Of a DNA stretch of 45,876 bases, positions 29,533 to 39,850 are shown one piece after another. The translations under genes were made by a program, and so were the position numbers. Origin of the DNA: an uncultured Clostridia bacterium (GTDB lineage: Bacteria > Bacillota > Clostridia > TANB77 > CAG-465); assembly GCA_944383035.1 (NCBI GenBank), contig CALWOE010000002.1:1-45876 (forward strand). Direction: 5' to 3'. The notes beneath the pieces are model-generated. The model did not search any database. It saw nothing but the letters and a program-made list of their open reading frames with translations, and was not told the DNA's origin. Positions within the stretch are counted from its first letter, which is position 1; each line of letters opens with the position of its first letter.

Positions 29533-30945
29533 CTAATTAGATGGAACTAAATTTACAATAAGTTGCATTCTAGATCCAAAGTTTGGTTTTGAAGTTGATG
29601 GTGTGAAACTATCTTTTCTATATGATACAGGTATGCTATCTCCTCTTCCATCAAAATAATCTCCACCCCTTAACACTCTATATTTATCAGAATTTGATTC
29701 TATTGTCCATTCACTAACATTACCAGCTAAATCAAAAATATTTTTTTCCATATATAATACATTACTTCCTGTTTTTATTAAATTCCCATTATACTGACCT
29801 CTATCTTTGCTATTAAATATATAATCAGTATTTATAAACCTTAAAGCCATATCAAATTCACAACCAAATATCATACTTGTAGTAACATAATTATTTGAAA
29901 GTGATCTTTGTTTTGAATACATATCATACCAAGAATATCCACCAATACTATTCATATCCATTCTTGTATAACATACATCTTTATCTACACTAGTCTCATA
30001 TCTTCCGATATAAAAGCCACCGCATTTTCTAATACTTGCAATTGTTTGATTAAAATAACTTTTTAATTCATTTTCAATATCTGTTAAACTTTCATAGCTT
30101 ATACTAAAACTACCTATATACATGTCATCTTCTTCAACAGTATTTGTTTGCTTTCTTGCATTACTTTTTATTTTTGTTATAGTACCATTTGAAAAATTAT
30201 ATAACTGACCTTCAGTTCCATTTAACATTTCTTCTACATCATCTACAACTATAAATACAAATTCATTATAATTTTCATCCATAATCACAATTCCATTTTC
30301 TATATTTTCTTCAAGATAACTAATATATTCATCTTGATTTAATTTTTGTGTAACTTTTCCAGTATTACTATCAATTTTACATACAGCAAAACCTTTTGGA
30401 ATTGCAATTTTATGTTTGTCTAGTTGTAATAGTACTGTAGATGTTAAAAATCCATTTTTATCTAACTCTATATCATCATTGTTATATTCTATAATAATAT
30501 TTTGAGAATAATAATCATCAAGTAAATCTTGTATTTCATTATATTCTTTTTTATCAAGTGCACTTTCATCAAATACAAGTTTTCCATTTTCAATTGTCAC
30601 TACATCTTTATATTTACCTTTTTGTAAACTTGGACTTATCGCATATATATTACTTACATTAAGATTAATATTATCGTTATTATTCTCATACAATACTTCA
30701 TTTTTATTTGCAGAAAAATTTTCTAATGTAAATTTACCTTGTGTACTAGTATACATTGACTTAAGATATAAATTATATTCTTTTAATATAGAACTTATAT
30801 TACTCTTATCTGAATAACTATTAACTTTTAATTCAATTTCATTATTCGAAAAATAAATTATACATATAATAGTAGCAAAAATAATTAATGCAACAATATA
30901 TACATATTTAGAAAATCCAATTTTTTTATCATTAGTACTTTTCAT
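29533..30945 (-). CDS. Membrane-anchored protein with C-terminal FGE-sulfatase (CLec-fold) domain
   Basis: N-terminal TM segment; NEFVFI, GGFYIGRYET, NIFDLAGNVSEWT, RVLRGG...FGSR. Confidence 0.8.
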   Translation of the reverse strand: MKSTNDKKIGFSKYVYIVALIIFATIICIIYFSNNEIELKVNSYSDKSNISSILKEYNLYLKSMYTSTQGKFTLENFSANKNEVLYENNNDNINLNVSNIYAISPSLQKGKYKDVVTIENGKLVFDESALDKKEYNEIQDLLDDYYSQNIIIEYNNDDIELDKNGFLTSTVLLQLDKHKIAIPKGFAVCKIDSNTGKVTQKLNQDEYISYLEENIENGIVIMDENYNEFVFIVVDDVEEMLNGTEGQLYNFSNGTITKIKSNARKQTNTVEEDDMYIGSFSISYESLTDIENELKSYFNQTIASIRKCGGFYIGRYETSVDKDVCYTRMDMNSIGGYSWYDMYSKQRSLSNNYVTTSMIFGCEFDMALRFINTDYIFNSKDRGQYNGNLIKTGSNVLYMEKNIFDLAGNVSEWTIESNSDKYRVLRGGDYFDGRGDSIPVSYRKDSFTPSTSKPNFGSRMQLIVNLVPSN

Positions 30946-31033
30946 ATAAACCTCCTATAATTTAATTATATTATATTATTATTAAAAACATTTTTCAAGA
31001 AAAAAGTTTGTTAATAAAAAATATTAACAAACC

Positions 31034-31645
31034 TTATACTTCTTCTGATAAAATATCAAGTGCCTCAAATATATTATCACAACTTAATTTTACTTTTTTT
31101 AATTTTTTAACAAATTTAGATTTGCCAACATATACACTCTTAATATTAAATTTATATGACGTGTAAATGTCATTAAAATAATTATTTCCTATAAAACAAA
31201 AGATATCTTTTTCCTTTATAATTTTTTTAATTATTTTCTCTTTACTATTATCAAATAATATAATTATATCATTATCAAATTTAAAATCTTTTAATAATAA
31301 ATTATTTGAAATAATAACAAATTCAAACTTGCTATATTGCTCATTTAATAATTTCATAATAGTATTTAATTCTTTAATAGTCTTTAATATATATAAATCT
31401 TTATACTTATTATATATATAGTTATAACTTTTGAAAGAAAAAATAGAATAAAGAATAAACCGCAGGCAAAGTATTCTTTGCGTATTTGGTAAAAAATCAA
31501 AATCATTTACAAACCAAGATATCTTATCTATTAAATAAATAACTTTTTTACCTTTAAACATACTATCAATTATTTCGTGATCAATTTTTTTAAAATTAGT
31601 TAAAGTACCATCTAAATCTATTCCTATTAATTTTTTATGTGTCAT
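31034..31645 (-). CDS. HAD-superfamily hydrolase-like protein
   Basis: IGIDLDGTL motif I, IISNN, FIGNNYFND; AGGAGG RBS. Confidence 0.7.
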   Translation of the reverse strand: MTHKKLIGIDLDGTLTNFKKIDHEIIDSMFKGKKVIYLIDKISWFVNDFDFLPNTQRILCLRFILYSIFSFKSYNYIYNKYKDLYILKTIKELNTIMKLLNEQYSKFEFVIISNNLLLKDFKFDNDIIILFDNSKEKIIKKIIKEKDIFCFIGNNYFNDIYTSYKFNIKSVYVGKSKFVKKLKKVKLSCDNIFEALDILSEEV

Positions 31646-31822
31646 AATTAAACACCATCCTCCTAAATTTTTATTAAAAATCATATAGAAATACATAATT
31701 ATACCAATATATTATATCATTTTTTTTATAATATGTAAACAAATTAATTAGTTACCGTGTATTTTAAGTAATAAAAAATAGCCAACTATTATTAGTTTAG
31801 CTATTTTTATTAATATGACTTT

Positions 31823-32923
31823 TTAATTATTTTTATTTTTTAAATACTCATAAATAAAATCACTTATCTTTCCATCCATTACTGCATCAATATTCCCCAT
31901 TTCAAAACCAGTTCTATGATCTTTTACAAGTGTGTATGGACAAAATACATATGATCTTATTTGATTTCCCCAGGCATTATCTGTTATTTCACCTTTTAAA
32001 TCACTAATCATTTTTTTATGTTTTTCCATTTCTTGTTTATAAAGCTTTGCTTTTAACAAAGACATAGCATATTCTCTATTTTGGAGCTGTGATCTTTCTG
32101 TTTGACAAGTCACAACTATACCACTTGGTATATGTTTTAATCTTACAGCAGATGATGTCTTGTTTACATGTTGACCACCAGCACCACTTGCCCTATATAC
32201 ATCCATTTGAATATCTTCAGGTCTTATATCAATATCAATATTATCAGATATTTCTGGTAATACTTCAACAGAGGCAAAAGATGTATGTCTTCTACTATTA
32301 GCATCAAATGGTGATATTCTAACAAGTCTATGAACACCAGATTCTCCTTTTAAATATCCATAAGCATATGTCCCCTTTACTAAAAAAGATACACTTTTAA
32401 TTCCAGCTTCTTCTCCATCTTGATAATCTAAAATTTCTACTTCAAAATTTGTTCTTTGTGCCCATCTTGTGTACATTCTAAAAAGCATTAAAGCCCAATC
32501 TTGTGATTCAGTTCCTCCTGCTCCAGGATGTATTGTCAAAATTGCATTATTTATATCATATTCATCTGATAATAATGTTTCTATTTCTAGTTTTTCTAAT
32601 TTTTCTTTTAAGTCTTTTGATAATTTTTGTGCTTCTTTAAAACTTTCTTGATCATTCATTTCTTCTGCAAGTTCAAGATATACTTTTGTATCTGAAAATA
32701 ACGTTTCTATTTTTTCGATATAATCTACTAAATCCTTTAACACTTTTAAATCTGATAAAACTTTTGCACTACTTTTTCTGTCTTCAAAAAAATGTTCTTT
32801 TAAAGTTTCTTTTTCAAGTTTATCTATTTTTTGCTTTTTATCATCTAGCTTTAAAGTATTTTTTAAAGTTTCAAATTTAGACAAAAGTTCATTTAAAGTT
32901 ATTTTTAAAGAATCAAAGTCCAT
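31823..32923 (-). CDS. prfB: Peptide chain release factor 2 (no internal programmed frameshift)
   Basis: GAGGTES, SPF, GGQ; start MDF at 32923 after GGGAGG. Confidence 0.95.
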   Translation of the reverse strand: MDFDSLKITLNELLSKFETLKNTLKLDDKKQKIDKLEKETLKEHFFEDRKSSAKVLSDLKVLKDLVDYIEKIETLFSDTKVYLELAEEMNDQESFKEAQKLSKDLKEKLEKLEIETLLSDEYDINNAILTIHPGAGGTESQDWALMLFRMYTRWAQRTNFEVEILDYQDGEEAGIKSVSFLVKGTYAYGYLKGESGVHRLVRISPFDANSRRHTSFASVEVLPEISDNIDIDIRPEDIQMDVYRASGAGGQHVNKTSSAVRLKHIPSGIVVTCQTERSQLQNREYAMSLLKAKLYKQEMEKHKKMISDLKGEITDNAWGNQIRSYVFCPYTLVKDHRTGFEMGNIDAVMDGKISDFIYEYLKNKNN

Positions 32924-33635
32924 AAGTTTCCTCCCATATCTTATCAAATTTATATAATTTATCATCTTTTAAATCTTCAGGCATAATACTAAATTCTAGA
33001 TACTCATCTTTAGTTGGATGATAAAAAGACAAATAATATGAAAACAAAGCTAAGTTTTGTCCTACTTTATTTACTTTTTGACCATATTTTATATCACCAT
33101 AAAGTGGACAATTTATATTACTAAATTGTACTCTTATTTGATGATGTCTTCCTGTATGTAAATCAATATCAACAATTGAATAATCTTTACCATTATATTT
33201 TATATTTTTTAAAACCTTATATTCAAGTTCACTATATTTAGCATTTTTTGTATCTTTAGTTACTACTTTACTCATATTTAATCTTTCATTTTTTACTAAA
33301 TAATTACAAATTAATACTGGTTGATCACTTACTTTAAGCTTTGAATTTACAATCGCCAAATATCTTTTTTTTACATCTTTATTTCTAATATAATTAGAAA
33401 TCCTTGATGCTGCTTTAGAAGTTTTGGCAAATACCATAACTCCAGATACCATTCTATCTAATCTATGCAAAAGGCCTAGATATACATTGCCTTTTTTATT
33501 ATATTTTTCTTTTAAATATCCTTTTATAATTGTTAACATATCTATATCATTTGTTTTATCTTGTTGAACAGGTATTCCTGCTGGCTTTACTACTACTATG
33601 ATATGATTATCTTCATATAATATTTTTAAATTCAT
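32913..33635 (-). CDS. RluA-family pseudouridine synthase
   Basis: [22 protein letters not shown]. Confidence 0.92.
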   Translation of the reverse strand: MNLKILYEDNHIIVVVKPAGIPVQQDKTNDIDMLTIIKGYLKEKYNKKGNVYLGLLHRLDRMVSGVMVFAKTSKAASRISNYIRNKDVKKRYLAIVNSKLKVSDQPVLICNYLVKNERLNMSKVVTKDTKNAKYSELEYKVLKNIKYNGKDYSIVDIDLHTGRHHQIRVQFSNINCPLYGDIKYGQKVNKVGQNLALFSYYLSFYHPTKDEYLEFSIMPEDLKDDKLYKFDKIWEETYGL

Positions 33636-33685
33636 ATTTTTCTCCATTAAAAAAAACTCCACAAATTGTGGAGATACATTACTAC

Positions 33686-33877
33686 TTAAGCTTTTTTATC
33701 TGTTTTAACTTCAACTACTTGTTTTTTGTTGTAATATCCACAAGAAGGACATGCTGTATGTGATAAAATTGCTTCACCACATTTTGGGCAAGTAGATAAA
33801 TTTTTATTTTCTAATTTCCATGTAGAACGTCTTAAATGAGTTCTTTCTTTTGACCATCTTCTTTTTGGTTGTGCCAT
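33686..33877 (-). CDS. rpmF: 50S ribosomal protein L32 (zinc-ribbon form)
   Basis: MAQPKRRWSK...CPKC...CPSCGYY. Confidence 0.95.
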   Translation of the reverse strand: MAQPKRRWSKERTHLRRSTWKLENKNLSTCPKCGEAILSHTACPSCGYYNKKQVVEVKTDKKA

Positions 33878-34052
33878 TTTATTCCCTCCTTATATGCATT
33901 TTAAAATGCAAAAATCGCTTTTTACCTATATATTATATACTACAAAGTATTAATTGTCAACAAATTATAATATTTTTTAAGAAATTTGATCTCTATTAAT
34001 TTAATGGTTTTATTATTTTATTTTTTGTGTTATACTTATTTTAGGTGATGTA

Positions 34053-34328
34053 ATGGAACTTAAATATTATTTTATAATATATATTATATTAATAAATATT
34101 ATTTCCTTTTTTGTAATGTATATTGACAAAAAAAAGGCAGAACAAAACAAATATAGAATAAGTGAAAAAACTTTGTTTATACTTGCTTTAATTCTTGGTG
34201 GTATTGGTATTTATTCTGGAATGTATAAATTTAGACATAAAACTAAACATTTAAAATTTACTATTTTTATTCCTATTATAATTGTTATTAACTTCATTAC
34301 ATTTTATTTTATATTTAAATATGTATAA
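34053..34328 (+). CDS. DUF1294 family membrane protein
   Basis: DKKKA...RISEKTL...GG...FRHKTK. Confidence 0.88.
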   Translation: MELKYYFIIYIILINIISFFVMYIDKKKAEQNKYRISEKTLFILALILGGIGIYSGMYKFRHKTKHLKFTIFIPIIIVINFITFYFIFKYV

Positions 34329-34378
34329 AAAAGATATTTTAAAAGTAATATTAGCTATTCTTTTAAAATATCTCTTTT

Positions 34379-35497
34379 TTATCCGAAAATCATATTTTTA
34401 TTTTTTCTTGCTGATATATTTAAAACCATTCCAATTGCAATACCATTTGTAATTAAACTACTACCACCATAACTTAAAAATGGTAATGGAACACCAGTAA
34501 TTGGTAATAGACCAATTGTCATTCCAATATTTTGAACGAAATGGAAAAATAACATTCCACAAACTCCAATTGCTATACAACTCGAAAATTCATCTGGTGC
34601 ATTTTTTGATACTCTAATAATTCGTAAGATTAACACAACATATAAAATTATTATAAACACAGACATAAAAAATCCTAATTCTTCAGATAAAACTGAAAAA
34701 ATAAAGTCAGTAGATTTAATAGGTAAATATCCGTATTGTGTTTGCGCTCCTTGTAAAAGACCTGTTCCAAAAAGCATTCCTGATCCGACAGCAATTTTTG
34801 ATTGTATTGCATTATATCCAGAACCTAATGGATCTAACTCTGGATCTAAAAACACCTTTATACGTTCTTGTTGAGTTGGATTTAATAAAAATAAAAAGAT
34901 TACTGGAATAAGTATTACTAAAATCAAAGCACATCCAAAAATATATCTATATTTAAGTCCCATTTTAAATAAAATAAATGCTGCTATAAATAAAAATGCA
35001 ACTGCAGTACCAAAATCTGGCTGTAACAATATTAAAATTACTGGTAATGAAAGCAATAAAAATAATAATCCTAAAATTAATATCTTCTTTTTAATACTTC
35101 CATTTGCTAAATCATTTTTAAATACTGTCAAAAATTTTGATAAACTAATTATATATCCTATTTTCATAAGTTCTGAGGGTTGATATAACATTCCACCAAG
35201 ATTAAACCAGCTATTAGCTCCCATAAGACTTGGCATAAACAAAACCGCGACGAGTAGTATTAAATTTACAGCATATAATATATATCCTACAATTCCAAAG
35301 AAATTATAATCTACTGCCCATATTACTATCATTATCACAAAAACAGCACTAAACCATATAATTTGTTTTATATATTCATCTTTATTTACATCTGTATTGT
35401 ATCCTGCTGTATATATTCCTATAACACCAATTACAAAAAGTATCAAAACTGTAATAAGTATAATATAATCGGTATTTTTTAAAAGTTTCTTATACAA
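34379..35497 (-). CDS. rodA: SEDS-family peptidoglycan polymerase (RodA/FtsW)
   Basis: QPSE, QPDFGT, DPLGSGYN, TDFIF, EELGF, PITGVPLPFLSYGGSS. Confidence 0.85.
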   Translation of the reverse strand: MYKKLLKNTDYIILITVLILFVIGVIGIYTAGYNTDVNKDEYIKQIIWFSAVFVIMIVIWAVDYNFFGIVGYILYAVNLILLVAVLFMPSLMGANSWFNLGGMLYQPSELMKIGYIISLSKFLTVFKNDLANGSIKKKILILGLLFLLLSLPVILILLQPDFGTAVAFLFIAAFILFKMGLKYRYIFGCALILVILIPVIFLFLLNPTQQERIKVFLDPELDPLGSGYNAIQSKIAVGSGMLFGTGLLQGAQTQYGYLPIKSTDFIFSVLSEELGFFMSVFIIILYVVLILRIIRVSKNAPDEFSSCIAIGVCGMLFFHFVQNIGMTIGLLPITGVPLPFLSYGGSSLITNGIAIGMVLNISARKNKNMIFG

Positions 35498-35605
35498 ATA
35501 ATATCACCATCTTTTTAACACATATTATTATACATTATAAGATGTGTAAATTCAATAAATAAGACAATTTTACACTTTTTTTTCACAAACTAATAATGTA
35601 GAATA

Positions 35606-35851
35606 TTATTTATTAACTAGAAGTAATGGTTCAATTTGTTTACCATCTAAAGCTTCAACTATTGTATCTACAACAAAATCATAATTTAAAACTAATGATT
35701 TGGGTTTTTTTACATAGTCATCTTGTGCAAATGGTACGAAATAAAAATTCTTTGTATTTAAAACTTCTCCAATATTTTTTAAAGTAGCTCCTAAGCCATC
35801 ATTTGTTGAAATTCCTATTACTACTGGTCTATTACACCTTATATGTCCTTT
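35606..35851 (-). CDS. dpaB: 3' half of the interrupted dipicolinate synthase subunit B (SpoVFB); not in the ORF track
   Basis: Translates KGHIRCNRPVVIGISTNDGLG...YFVPFAQDD..KKPKSL...EALDGKQIEPLLLVNK*; lacks its own start. Confidence 0.9.
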   Translation of the reverse strand, partial: KGHIRCNRPVVIGISTNDGLGATLKNIGEVLNTKNFYFVPFAQDDYVKKPKSLVLNYDFVVDTIVEALDGKQIEPLLLVNK

Positions 35852-35856
35852 TGCTC

Positions 35857-35874
35857 ATCTTATCTGTTGGCAGG
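35857..35874. repeat. att arm, inverted repeat of 39462-39479
   Basis: ATCTTATCTGTTGGCAGG (+) vs ATCTGATCTGCTGGCAGG (-), 16/18 identical. Confidence 0.85.
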
Positions 35875-35880
35875 TCTGTA

Positions 35881-37617
35881 TCAAAAAAAATTATCTAATT
35901 TTTGATAAGTTGGTATAAATGCTTTTTTTTGAAGTTCATTTATTTTTGTATTTGAGAAAATTATTTCTACATGATCATTAAAACCGTATATTTTTTCTAT
36001 AAAAATTCTAGCAATATCTCTTTTTGTTTTTAAATCAAATAATTCAAATGTCTTAAACGATAAATCTATTATTTTGCAAACATCTTTAGTAGTTTTTATT
36101 TCAATTAGATCTTTAGTAAAATCTTTAATTTCCTCTTTTTTTATTCTTTTTATTTTTTTATTTAATTCTTCTTTTTCTAGTTTCAACTTCTTTAAGTTTG
36201 TATTTATAATATCAATTATATCTACATCTATATATTTTAATTTACTTATAACATTTTGTATTTCTAAATTCTTTTTTTGAAGTTCTACTTGTATTTTTTT
36301 TAATTCATCATGTTTAAAATTTTCTTCATTTTTTATAGACATATTCATAAGCTCTTTATATATTTCAATATTTGGTACAAATACTTCCTTTATTATTTTT
36401 ATTATTTGATTATCTAGTTTTTCTCCAATTACATTTTTAGAATTACATTTCTGACCACACGACTTTTCTTTTAAAACACATGAATACCTATAATTAACGG
36501 TTCCATCTTTTCTTTTTTTATCCATATTTCGAGGTCTCATATATGATCCACATTCTTTACATTTAATTAGTCCGGCTACAATTGTCTGCTTTTTTGGATA
36601 CCCAGCTGCACGATAACATTTATTTGCATTTTTTTCAAGCAACATTTGAATTGCAATCCATCTTTTTCCTTCAATTATACCTGGATGAAGTCCTACTGCA
36701 TAAATCCAATAATCACTTGATAATTTTTTTCTTTTAGAGGTTTTATGATAAGTTAAAAATCCATAATTACCATCAAATTTATTTCTATTATCTTTTTCAC
36801 AAAAAACATTTATTCCCTTTTTTTTAAAATATTCAATCGCATCATTATCATTTTTTACATAAACTGGATTAGTTAATATCCATTTTAATGTAAATATACT
36901 ATAATGTGCACCTTTTCTTGTTTTTATATCATTGTTTAGTAAATATGTTTCTAACTTAGTTAATGATTTTAATTCTTCAAATTTAGAAACAATTAGATTA
37001 TATATTTTTAATTCTTCATCATTAATAACAAGTTTAGATGCTTTTTTTGTTTTTGTAACTAATCCTTTAACTTCATCGTTTTCACAAATATTCACTTTTT
37101 CAAATCGTTCAACAGAAAACCCCAGAGGACTATCTCCTCCAAGCCAAGTGCCTGTTTTTGCCAGTTCCAACAAATTATCTCTTATTCTTTCTGCAATCAC
37201 TTCTCTTTCAAGCTGTGCAAATACACTAGCAATATACATCATTGCGCGTCCCATTGGTGTGCCAGTATCAAACTGTTCTTTAATTGAAATAAAACTAATA
37301 TTATGTTTTGACAATTCTTCAATGAGTCTTGAAAAATCGGCTATATTTCTACTAATTCTATCTAATCTATAACAAATCAAAACATTTATATATTTTTTTT
37401 GTATTAATTGAAACATTTCTTGAAATTGTGGTCTATCTGTAGTTCCTCCAGAAAATCCTTCATCTTCAAACACTATAATTTCAACATCATATTTATCTTT
37501 AGGATAATGTACTTTTATATAATTTTTACATAATTCAATTTGATTTCCAATAGAATCTCCAATTCCAGTATATTTTGATTTCCTAGAGTATATTATTATA
37601 GTAATTTTTTCTTTCAT
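35881..37617 (-). CDS. Large serine recombinase (resolvase + recombinase + zinc ribbon + coiled coil; SpoIVCA/TnpX-like)
   Basis: YSRKS, DEGFSG..TDRP, YRLDRISRN, FAQLERE, CKECG...YSC. Confidence 0.95.
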   Translation of the reverse strand: MKEKITIIIYSRKSKYTGIGDSIGNQIELCKNYIKVHYPKDKYDVEIIVFEDEGFSGGTTDRPQFQEMFQLIQKKYINVLICYRLDRISRNIADFSRLIEELSKHNISFISIKEQFDTGTPMGRAMMYIASVFAQLEREVIAERIRDNLLELAKTGTWLGGDSPLGFSVERFEKVNICENDEVKGLVTKTKKASKLVINDEELKIYNLIVSKFEELKSLTKLETYLLNNDIKTRKGAHYSIFTLKWILTNPVYVKNDNDAIEYFKKKGINVFCEKDNRNKFDGNYGFLTYHKTSKRKKLSSDYWIYAVGLHPGIIEGKRWIAIQMLLEKNANKCYRAAGYPKKQTIVAGLIKCKECGSYMRPRNMDKKRKDGTVNYRYSCVLKEKSCGQKCNSKNVIGEKLDNQIIKIIKEVFVPNIEIYKELMNMSIKNEENFKHDELKKIQVELQKKNLEIQNVISKLKYIDVDIIDIINTNLKKLKLEKEELNKKIKRIKKEEIKDFTKDLIEIKTTKDVCKIIDLSFKTFELFDLKTKRDIARIFIEKIYGFNDHVEIIFSNTKINELQKKAFIPTYQKLDNFF

Positions 37618-37683
37618 ATATAACTCCTCCTTTTTTTATCATAAAATAATGTTGTTATCTTATAGCTTAGGAACTATATTTTT

Positions 37684-37845
37684 TCAATTATTCTTTAAAT
37701 ATTCTAAAATTTTTCTTTTTAATTCTTCTTTTTCTAAATATGAAATATTCAATTTTTCTATTGTACATTTTATAAGTAAGGCCCTTATAAAAGCTAAATT
37801 ACTTATATGATTATTATTATTTGGAAAATTTAATTGTATATCCAT
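37684..37845 (-). CDS. 53-aa protein upstream of the recombinase (candidate directionality factor)
   Basis: ATG at 37845 after AGAGGG; position within the element. Confidence 0.55.
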   Translation of the reverse strand: MDIQLNFPNNNNHISNLAFIRALLIKCTIEKLNISYLEKEELKRKILEYLKNN

Positions 37846-38117
37846 ATAAATCCCTCTAATAAAATTTATGAAAAAATTCATTTGTTATTACAAAAACTAA
37901 ATATTAGACTATATAATCTTGATCAATAAAAGTTTACATCAAAAAAAAGCAAAGATATAAAAAATCTTTGCTTCTAAAACTCTAAACTTAAGTTATTAAA
38001 TTAAAATAAATTACTTTTTTAATACAAACCACATTCATCATATTAGGATGAAAATATACAACCGACCATATTTTTTAAGCTATATCCTGAGACTTAATAT
38101 TAGAAAATACCAATATT

Positions 38118-38972
38118 CTACTCTATATTATTACTTCTTTTTACTAGTTCTATTAAATTTTCTATTAAAGATATTACTGTCATAACTCCAACTCCGCCTG
38201 GAACTTTTGTTATATACTCTACATCATCTATTACTTCATGTAAATTTACATCTCCATATATTTTACCATCAACTTTGTTTATACCAACATCAATTACAAT
38301 ACTACCTTTTTTTACCATATCTTTTTTTATTAAATTACAAACTCCCGCTACTACAACTAAAATATCCGCCTCTTTAGTATAATGACCTAAATTTTTTGTC
38401 TTACTATGACATATAGTAACAGTTGCATCATTATTTAACAGCATGTAAGATACTGGTTTTCCAACAATTTGACTTCTACCAACAATAACTGCATGCTTAC
38501 CAGATATATCTGCTTTTATAAATTCAAGAATAGACATAATTCCCTTTGCAGTACATGGAATTATCATATCTTTACTTTTTAATAAAAGTCTACCTGTATT
38601 TATTTCTTTAAATCCATCAACATCTTTTCTTACATCTATACTTTCTAATATTTTATGCTTGTCCAAATGTTTATAAAGTGGTAGTTGTACAAGTATTCCG
38701 TGTACACTATCATCTTTATTTAATTTATCTATAGTATCTAAAATATCATCTGTTGTAACTGTATTACTAAAATAATATTCTTCTTGTAATATACCTAAGC
38801 TATCACATAATCTTTTTTTATTTCTTACATATATTTTTGAAGATTCATCAAAACTTGCAATAATAACCGCAAGTTTAGGTATTACATTTTTTTTACTTAA
38901 CATTTTTATTTCTTGTTTTAAGTTTTCTTTTTTTATTTCAGATAGTTTTTTTACATCAATTATTTTTTCCAT
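38118..38972 (-). CDS. folD: Second folD copy, cargo of the element
   Basis: Near-identical to 26387..27241. Confidence 0.93.
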   Translation of the reverse strand: MEKIIDVKKLSEIKKENLKQEIKMLSKKNVIPKLAVIIASFDESSKIYVRNKKRLCDSLGILQEEYYFSNTVTTDDILDTIDKLNKDDSVHGILVQLPLYKHLDKHKILESIDVRKDVDGFKEINTGRLLLKSKDMIIPCTAKGIMSILEFIKADISGKHAVIVGRSQIVGKPVSYMLLNNDATVTICHSKTKNLGHYTKEADILVVVAGVCNLIKKDMVKKGSIVIDVGINKVDGKIYGDVNLHEVIDDVEYITKVPGGVGVMTVISLIENLIELVKRSNNIE

Positions 38973-39093
38973 AAATTTGTTCCTCTTTTATTGTTTCATA
39001 TATTTTGTTTTTTTACTTCAAATGTATCAACACCACCAGGTATGGATGCAATATCTAAAACAAATCAAGTCTTTTTTACATTTTAATTTTCTT
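38973..39093 (-). pseudogene. Decayed 3' fragment of dpaA co-duplicated with folD
   Basis: Matches about 27242-27443 with a deletion of about 77 bp between ATATTTT microhomologies. Confidence 0.75.
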
Positions 39094-39461
39094 TGTCTTC
39101 AAAATCTGCAATTTTTCCAATAAAGATGTTCTATCCACTGATTGTATTCATTTGAATTCCTCCTTTTTTTATATCCTCCAAATTAATAATGACGTGAATG
39201 TGATTTTTGCACAAAATAAAATTCTTACATTTGTTAATTTCCAAAAAATGTAGTTACACTTTCTTATATCCAATATAACTGGACAAGTATATACTATCAC
39301 TTTGTTATATAAAAGTCAACAAAAAATATTATCTAAAGTTACATTCTTTAATATTATCTTCTTTTTCATAAATTTTCTCATTATTTCTTATATAAAAAAA
39401 TAATGCTTTTATCATATTAAATGAATAGAAGCATTTGTACTACTTAACTGTTATAAAAAAT

Positions 39462-39479
39462 CCTGCCAGCAGATCAGAT
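39462..39479. repeat. att arm, inverted repeat of 35857-35874
   Basis: See partner; lies 4 bp inside the AAA junction. Confidence 0.85.
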
Positions 39480-39483
39480 ACGA

Positions 39484-39828
39484 TTTAACAGCCATTGTAA
39501 CTGGTGTATCAGTTATTGCATTTGCTATTTTTGCAAGTGTATTTCCAGTACATGGACATATTAAAATGATATCTACCATATTTTTAGGCCCAACTGGTTC
39601 AGCTTTTACTATACTATCAATTAGATTATTACCTGTGGTTTTTCTTAACATTTCTAAAAACTCTTCTTTTTTATAAAATCTGGTATCAAAATTTTTAGTT
39701 GAATAAGAAACAATTGGTATTACATTTGCTCCCTCTTTTTTTAAATTATTAATTAAGTTTTCTATATGTGAAAAATTACAAAATGAACCAGTTATTGCAA
39801 GTCCAATTCTTAAATCTTTTAATTTCAA
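39484..39828 (-). CDS. dpaB: 5' half of the interrupted dipicolinate synthase subunit B (SpoVFB); reads into the element to a stop at 39451
   Basis: IGLAITGSFC, AEPVGPK, PCTGNTLAKIANAITDTPVTMAVK; TTG start after GGGGTG. Confidence 0.9.
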
Positions 39829-39850
39829 AAAAAACACCCCCTACATTAAT

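Larger units (their letters stand above)
35852..39486. mobile_element. 3635-bp site-specific integrative element interrupting dpaB/spoVFB (skin/vfbin-like)
   Basis: Splits dpaB at a shared AAA; 18-bp imperfect terminal inverted repeats; large serine recombinase at one end. Confidence 0.88.

Noticed and set aside
39131..39170. AGGAGG + ATG inside the element (MNTISG*)
   Set aside because: Stops after 6 codons; probably the remnant of a decayed gene, and no function can be supported.
35852..39486. Prophage or conjugative element
   Set aside because: No structural, replication or transfer genes between the att arms.
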